Part shown: piece after piece, positions 56,796-64,000 of the stretch
Numbering within the stretch: position 1 is the first letter of the stretch
Layout of the letters: each line of letters opens with the position of its first letter
Origin: the human T2T-CHM13v2.0 reference genome, Homo sapiens
DNA: 64,000 nucleotides
Reading direction: 5' to 3' (one strand)
Assembly: GCF_009914755.1 (NCBI RefSeq)
Contig: NC_060934.1
The notes under the pieces: model-generated
The model's input: only the letters and a program-made list of their open reading frames with translations
Told to the model about the DNA's origin: nothing
The model's database searches: none
Position numbers and translations under genes: made by a program

Positions 56796-59570
56796 AAGCA
56801 GCCTTTTCATTCCTGTCAGAAGAAATTAATCTTGCTTTGTCCGAAGAAACTATAATTGCCTCCCTTGAGATAGTTACCTTGCAAAACACTTCTGATTCTC
56901 CCCAAGACTCACCCCCACCACCCTCTTTTGCTTGTAGACCTATAATTAGACACAAGTCCCACCAGCCCCCTAAAGATGAAGTACAAAGTATGGCTCATGA
57001 GAAGGTGCACTGCATTCCAAAAAAACTACATAATTTTTCTAATTTATTTAGACAGAAATCAGGGGAATATGTTTGGGAATCAATATTGCATGTATAGGAT
57101 GAAGATGAAAAGAACAAAGTTAGATCACACCAAATTTATTGATATGGTATAATTTATTTATCACTAAGCAGAGATTCATGGTTTAATGTTGCAGCATGGA
57201 GGTTAGAAAGGACTGTAACGGTCAGTTTGGTTGGCTGAAAATGGACCAAAAGATGGCCTATACTAAGTGAAGTTGAAATGCAGAATTGCCGTGGTTTACT
57301 GAAAAGGAAGGGATTCGAAGGCCTAGGAAAATTGGAGTGTTAATGTGGATTTATCATTTAAGATCTGCTCACCCATCTTAGGAGGGTCCAGAGGACACAC
57401 CTTTCACCACAACTGTGAGAAATGTGAAGACAGCCCCAGCATTCTCAAACAGCCCTGTGGTTGCTCTTCTCTACAGCTCAGAAATCACACTGGATGTTGC
57501 TGCTACTGAAATGGGAACCTTAAATGCAATAGGAATAATTGGGTCTCAGAGGCCAAGTGGTGGCATTTAAACATCAGAAACAACAGTGTCATGGTTACCA
57601 TAATGGAAATCAAAGTAGAAATCAGAATAGTCTGACTTGAGATATCTATGGCATTGGCTAGTTGATAATTGTGTTTGTTGAAGTCACACAAATGGTCAGT
57701 CTACTAAATTCTTACTTAATCTGTATAAGCAGAAGAGTTCTAGATCAAGTGGACAAAGTCTAATTTAAATAATAAAAGCACAGTCATGGCCTCTCAATCA
57801 ATTCCCAGACTTGATCAAGTTTACAGACCCAGGACCCCTTGAAGGAAGGGTACCTTGAGGAAGGACCTAGTATACTGCCAAAAATTTATACCTTTAATTT
57901 TTCTCCCAGCCTTCCTCAAAGGGACCTATGGCCTTTTTGCTGGGTTACTACGCAACATATAAAAGGAAATAATAAGATTTTTTAGGGATTAATGGACAGT
58001 GCCTCTGAACTGACACTAATTCCAAAAGGCCAAAAATGTCATGATGGTCCACTGGAAAGGAAACTATGGAGGGCAAGTGATCAATGGGACTTTAGCACAG
58101 ATCTGTCTCACAGTGGATCCAGTGGAAGCTGAACTCATCCTCTTGTCATTTCCCCAGTTCGTGAATGTATAATTTAATAAATATACTCATCAACTGGCAG
58201 AATTTTCACATTGGTTTCCTGACCTGTGGAGTAAGGACCATTATGGTAGAAGAGGCCAATTAGAAGCTACTAGAACTGATTCTACCTAGGAAAATTTTAA
58301 ACCAAAAGCAATATTACATTCTCAGAGAGATTTGGAAGATTAGTGACTTCATCAAGGACTTGAAAAATGTAGAGGTTGTGATTTCAACCACATCCTTCAA
58401 CTCACCTATTTGTCCTGTTCAGAAAACAGGTGGATCTCAGAAAATAACAGTGGATTATCATAAATTTAAATAGATGGTGATTCTAATTGTAGATACTGTA
58501 CTAAATAATGATTTCATTGCTTGAGCAAATTAACGTATCCCCTGGTAACTGGCATGCAAATATTGATCTGGAAGATTGCTTTATTTTCTGCTTTCCTATA
58601 GTGAAGAAGCAGTTTTCTTTTAGCTGGAAAGTCTAGCAATGCATCTTCACTGTCCTACCTTAAGGGTATATCAGTTCTCCCACTCTCTATCATAATTTAG
58701 TTTGCAAGGAACTTGAAAGCCTTTCTACAAGATATCATACTTGTTTATTGTATTGATGATATGCTGACTGGACCTCTTGAGTAAAAAGTACTCTAGATAT
58801 ATTAGTAAGATATTTGCATGTCAGAAGGTGGGACATGAATCCAAAAAATTTAGGGGCCTTCTACATCATGAAATGTTTAGAAGTCTAGTGGAATGGGACG
58901 TGTCAAGATATTCCTTCTGAAATAAGGAAAAATTGTTGCATCTGGCCTCTCCTACTACCCAAAAAAACAGGTATAATGCCTATTTGACTTCTCTGTATAT
59001 TAAGGCAACGTATTCCTCATTTGGGCATGCTACTGTGGCTCACTCACTTACTGAGTGACCTGGAAATCTGTTAGTTTTGAGTGGAACCAAGAACAAGAGA
59101 AGGTTCTGCAACAGGTACAGGGTGCTCTTCCACTTGGGAAACATGATCTTACAGATCCAATGGTGCTGGAAGTGACAGTAGCAGATAGGGATGCTCTTCA
59201 GAGCCTTCGGCAAGTTCCTATAGGTGAATCACAGTGCAGGCCCCTTGGAGCAAAGCCATCTCATTCTCTGCAAATAATTATCCTTTTTGTAAAACAGTTC
59301 TTGGCCTGCTATTGGGTGTTAGTAGAAACTGAACACTTAACCATGGACCACCAAGTTGCCAAGCAATCTGAGCTGCCCATCATGAACTGGATGTTGTCTG
59401 ACCCTCCAAATAGTTTGGCATGCAGGTAGTACTCCATCATCAAATAGAAGTGGTATACATGAGACAGTGCTCAGGCAGGCCCTGAAAGCACAAGTAAAAT
59501 ATATGATGTGGCCAAATACCTATGGTCTCCACTTCTGCTACATTACCTTCTCTCTCCCAGCCTACTCTCT
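56796..59570 (+). mobile_element. ERVL gag-pro-pol remnant
   Basis: Protease-like GLMDSASELTLIP (~57985-58025); RT 'cctaccttaagggtatatc' (LPxGY, ~58655) and CIDDML (~58750); ORF 59055..59429 resembles the RT connection/RNase H region. Confidence 0.85.
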
Positions 59571-59735
59571 TCAGTACCCCTTTCAGCAATATGAGGTTAA
59601 AACCAGGTACTGTGATTACTCGCTTGATTTCTGGTTCTTGTGATGGTGCTTTTTCCATATTGTTAGTTGTTAAAATTTGATGTTTCTGTAAGGGGGATGA
59701 ATAGTGTAGACTTCCATTCAGCCATCTTGCTCCAA
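59570..59735 (-). mobile_element. L1 (L1M/PB) extreme 5'UTR fragment
   Basis: 'gttaaaaccaggtactgtgatt...ccattcagccatcttg'. Confidence 0.65.
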
Positions 59736-59739
59736 TTCT

Positions 59740-59941
59740 GCCAGGCTCTTTTCAACAACCAGATCTTGCAGGAACTAATACTAATAGAGTAACAACTCAC
59801 TCATTACTGTGGAGAGGGCACCAAGCCATTCATGGGAAATTTTATCCCATAGCCAACACACCTCCCACTGGGCACGTGTCCAATATTGGTGATCAAGTGT
59901 CAACATGAGATTTGGAGGGGACACATATGCACACCATATTA
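59740..59941 (-). mobile_element. MST LTR fragment
   Basis: 'gagggcaccaagccattcatg...caacatgagatttggagggg'. Confidence 0.8.
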
Positions 59942-60213
59942 CTTTTCCATTAAATTTTTGTTTGGCCACTGTTCTGGGGATTGTAAGAGATATGATATAT
60001 TCATACTACGTTTTGCCTTTTACCTAATTTTTATACACTGGTCATGTTAAATGTGATTCTTTGTCCAAATGAGATATATTTCAGGGAGCCAAGTGGTATA
60101 AAATGTGTTTTTCTAAACTATTGATTGTATTTTCTGCTTTGGCTTCTTTTAGAAGCAATTAAAAAACCAAAATAGAACAAGTATCTATTCCTTTAAAAAT
60201 TTATTTGTGAAGT

Positions 60214-60810
60214 GGAGGCAGAGCAAGATGGCTGAAAAGAATGCTCCAGGAGTCATCCTCCTCTCCTCCCTGCAGGAACATCAAATTGAACAACTATCCA
60301 TACAAGAGAGCACTTTCATGGAACCAAAAAATCAGCTGTCTGAAGAAGGATGGGTACGAGCAAGTCCAGACTGCAAAGACGCATAAAGACCTAAACTTTT
60401 CAATGCCCAGACATTAACAAATGTCCACAGGCATCAAGAATATATAGGAAAATATAACCTCACCAAACTGATTAAATAAGGCATCAGTAACCAGTTCTGG
60501 CAAAATGGAGATATGTGACCTCTTAGAGAATTTAAAATAGCTGTTATGAGGAAGCTGAATGATCTTCAGATAACATAGAGAAGGAATCCAGAAATATATC
60601 AGAGAAATTTAACAAAGAGATTGAAGTAATAACTTTAAAAACACCCAGAAATTCTGGAGTTGAGAAATTCAATGGACATATACAAAAATGCATCAGAGTA
60701 TCTCAACAGCAGAAGTGATCAAGTAGAAGAAAGGATTACTGACTCAAAGACAGGCTTTTGAAAATACAGAGAAGAAAAAAATGGAAAAGAATGCAGTATG
60801 CTTACAAGAT
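60214..60810 (+). mobile_element. Old L1 (L1M/PB) 5'UTR and ORF1 N-terminal half
   Basis: 'ggaggcagagcaagatggctgaa'; ORF1-like 'ctcaacagcagaagtgatcaagtagaagaaagg'. Confidence 0.75.
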
Positions 60811-60904
60811 TGTATGGCTATTTAAATAACATTATTTAAATATTACAAGTATGTATTTAGTACTTGTATTTAACATTACAAGTATGGCTATTTAAATAAC
60901 ATTA

Positions 60905-63900
60905 ATTCCTTTCTTTCATCAGTATTCTGTATTTTTCCTTGTAGTGGTCTTTCTCCTCCTTGGTTAAATATATTCCTAAGTATTTTATTTGTAGCTATTG
61001 TAAGTGGGATTGCCTTCTTGATTTAATTCTCAGCTTGTTAAGGTATACAGAAATGCCACTAATTTTTGTACATTGATTTTGTATCCTGAAACTTTACTGA
61101 ATTTGTTTATGAAATCTAAGAGATTTGGAGAAGTCTTTAGGTTTTTCTAGATATTAGATCATATTATCAGTGAACAAAGATGATTTGACTTCCTATTGTC
61201 CTATTTTGATGCCTTTTATTTTTTTCTCTTGCCTCACAGCTCTGGGTAGGACTTCCAGTATTACGTTGAATAGGAGTGGTGAAAGTGGGCATCCTTGTTC
61301 TACTTCTTAGAAGATTGCTTTTAACTTTTGTGTGTTTAGTACGATGTTGGCTGTGGGTTTGTCATATATGGCCTTTATTATTTTGAGGTATGTTTCTTCT
61401 ATACCTAGTTGACTGAAGATTTTTATCCTGAAGAAATGCTGAACTTTATCAAATGCCATTTTTAAATATGTCGAGATTATCAAAAGTGTTTTGTTTTTAA
61501 TTCTCTTTTTGTGTTGAATCACATTTATTTATTTGCATATATTGAACCATCCTTGAATCCCTGGAATAAACCCCACTTAATCATGGTATATTATATTTTT
61601 GATGTGCTATTGGATTTGGTTTGCTAGCATTTTGTTGAAGATTTTTTCAACTATAATCAGCAGAGGATTTTGGTCTGTAGTTTTTTTGTGTGTCCTTGTT
61701 CAGCTTTGGTAACAGGGTGGCTTCGTATAATGAATTGTAGAGGATTCTCTCTTTTTATAATTTTTGGAACAGTTTCAACAGGATTGGTACCAGTTCCTCT
61801 TTGCACATTTGGTAGAATTTGGCTGTCAATCCATCCAGTTCTGAGCTTTTTTTTATTGGGAGATTTTTATTACTAGTTCAATCTTACTACTCCTTATTGG
61901 TCTGTTCAGGATTTCTGTTTCTTCCTGGTTCAGTCGTGGAAGGTTGTATGTTTACAGAAATTTATCCATTTCCTCTAGGTTTTTCTCTTTGTGAGCATAT
62001 AGTTATTCATGTACTCTGATAATCTTTTTAAATTTCTGTGGTATCAGTTCTTATGTCTCCTTTTTCATATCTGATTATGTTTACTTGGATTTTTTTTTGG
62101 TTAGTCTAGATAGTGATTTATCAATTTTTAAAAATCTTTTCAGGGAACTGAGTTTTCATTTGGTTGATCCATTGTATTATTATTATTATTTCTTTTTGAA
62201 ATTATACTTTAAGTTCTGGGATACATGTGCAGAACGTGCAGTTTTGTTACGTAGGTATACATGTGCCATGGTGGTTTGCTGCACCCATCAACCCGTCATC
62301 TACATTAGGTATTTCTGCTAATGCTATCCATCCCCAAGCCCCCCACCCCTCAACAGGCCCCAGTGTGTGATGTTCCCCTCCCAGTGTCCATGTTTTCTCA
62401 TTGTTCAACTCCCACTTATGAGTGAGAACATGCAGTGTTTGGTTTTCTGCTCCTGTGTTAGTTTGCTGAGAATGGTGGTTTCCAGCTTTATCCATGTCCC
62501 TGCAAAAGACATGAACTCATCCTTTTTATGTCTGCATAGTATTCCATGGTGTATATGTGCCACATTTTCTTTATCCAGTCTATCATTGATGGGCATTTGG
62601 GTTTGTTCCTAGTCTTTGCTATTGTGAATAGTGCCGCAATAAACATACATGTGCATGTGTCTTTATAGTAGAATGATTTATAATCCTTTAGGTATATACC
62701 CAGTAATGGGATTGCTGGATCAAATGGTATTTCTGGTTCTAGATCCTTGAGGAGTCACCACACTGTCTTCCACAATGGTTGAACTAATTTACATTGTATT
62801 ATTTTTAAGTCTCAATTTCATTTAGTTCTGCTCTTATCTTTGTTATTTCTTTTCTTCTGCTAGTTTTGGGTTTGGTTTGTTCTTGTGTTTCTAGATCCTT
62901 CAGGAGCAACGTTGGGTTGTTAACTTGTGATATTTATATTTATTTGATGTAGGCATTTAATGTTAACTTCTCTCTTAGCACTGCTTTTGCTGTATTCAAG
63001 AGGTTTTGGTATATTGTATCTCCATTTTCACTTGTTTCAGAAAATTTTTAAATTTCCATCTTAATTTCGTTATTGACCCAAATATCATTCAGGAGCATGT
63101 TGTTTAATTTCCATGTATTTGTATAGTTTCAAGAATTCCTCTTGGAATTGATTTCTAGTTTTATTCTTTGTGGTCTGAGAAGACACTTGATAAGATTTTG
63201 ATTTTATAAAATTTATCAGGATTTGTTTTGTGGCCTATTATATGGTCTGTCTTGGAGAATGTTCCATGTGCTGATGAGAAGAATGTTTATTCTGAAGATC
63301 TTGAATAGAATTTACTATAGATACCCATTAAGTTTATTTGTTCTAGCATGTCATTTAAGTCCGTTGTTTCTCTGTTGACTTTTTGTCTCAAAGATCTTTT
63401 GAGTGTTATCAGTGGTCTATTGAAGTCCTACTATTATTGTTTTGCTATCTTATGATGCTAGGAGCTCCAGTGTTTGGTACATATAAATTTAGGATTGTAA
63501 TATCTGCTTGTTGAATTGATCTTTTTATCATTATGTACTGACCATCATTGTCTTTTTTTCTTTTTACTGTTGTTGCTTTGAAGTATTTTGTCTGATACAA
63601 GAATAGCTACTCTTGCTCACTTTTGGTTTCCATTTGTGTACAATACCTTTTTAATTCCCTTTTCCTTGAGTTTATATGAATCCTTCTATGTTAGGTAAGT
63701 CTATTGAAGACAGCAGAGATTTGGGTTGTGATTTTTTATCCATTCTGAATATTTTAAGTGGATCATTTAGGCCATTTACATTCAATGTTAATATTAAGAT
63801 GTGAGGTACTGTTTTCTTCATCATGTTAATTGTTACCTGATTTTTTAAATTGTGTTTTTATTTTATAGGCCTGTGAGTTTTCAGCTTTCAAGAAATTATA

Positions 63901-64000
63901 TTTCAGTGCATATTGTGCTTTTGTTTCAAGGTTTAGAATTCCTTTAATATTTCTTATAGGGCTGATTTGGTAGTGACAAATTTCCTCAGCATTTGTCTGA
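60905..64000 (-). mobile_element. Old L1 (L1MA/PB) ORF2 and ORF1 3' end, antisense
   Basis: ORF 61307..61522 ([14 protein letters not shown]); endonuclease region ~63000-63600; ORF1 end near 64000. Confidence 0.88.
62182..62791 (-). mobile_element. 5'-truncated L1PA7/8 nested in the older L1
   Basis: 3'UTR and ORF2 C-terminus; TSD cattgtattatt (62170-62181 / 62792-62803). Confidence 0.92.

Noticed and set aside
59055-59429. 124-aa pol-like ORF
   Set aside because: Fragment of a heavily disrupted ERVL pol, frameshifted internally and flanked by stops.
60120-60190. Polypyrimidine tract plus AG ('ttctttttag|aagcaatt') as another host exon
   Set aside because: Short, weak donor (gtatct), a stop in the phase-1 frame, and no similarity to the exon array.

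Overview
Primate (human-like) genomic DNA, AT-rich and dominated by LINE-1, ERVL/MaLR, Alu and DNA-transposon relics. Nearly every ORF in the supplied track is a broken L1 or ERV fragment. The only host coding sequence is four short + strand phase-1/phase-1 exons (4333-4443, 19441-19539, 21594-21704, 22039-22164) that splice in frame into ...[148 protein letters not shown].... I recognise this from memory as the long CCDC7 (former C10orf68) protein; no database check was possible. The exons belong to a tandem array that shows birth and death. The first units were duplicated together with an antisense ERVL provirus, one unit has lost its exon at an Alu, at least five further copies are dead pseudo-exons, and one copy (45835-45942) is still open and in frame. 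Other structures: a 432-bp near-perfect inverted duplication, an L1 with both a 5' inversion and a ~210-bp 3' transduction, a full-length L1 without TSD that is an interleaved old/young mosaic, and a probable intra-L1 inversion with a templated breakpoint. I found no RNA genes, CRISPR arrays or intact retroelement ORFs. Repeat subfamily names are from memory of consensus sequences and repeat boundaries are approximate.
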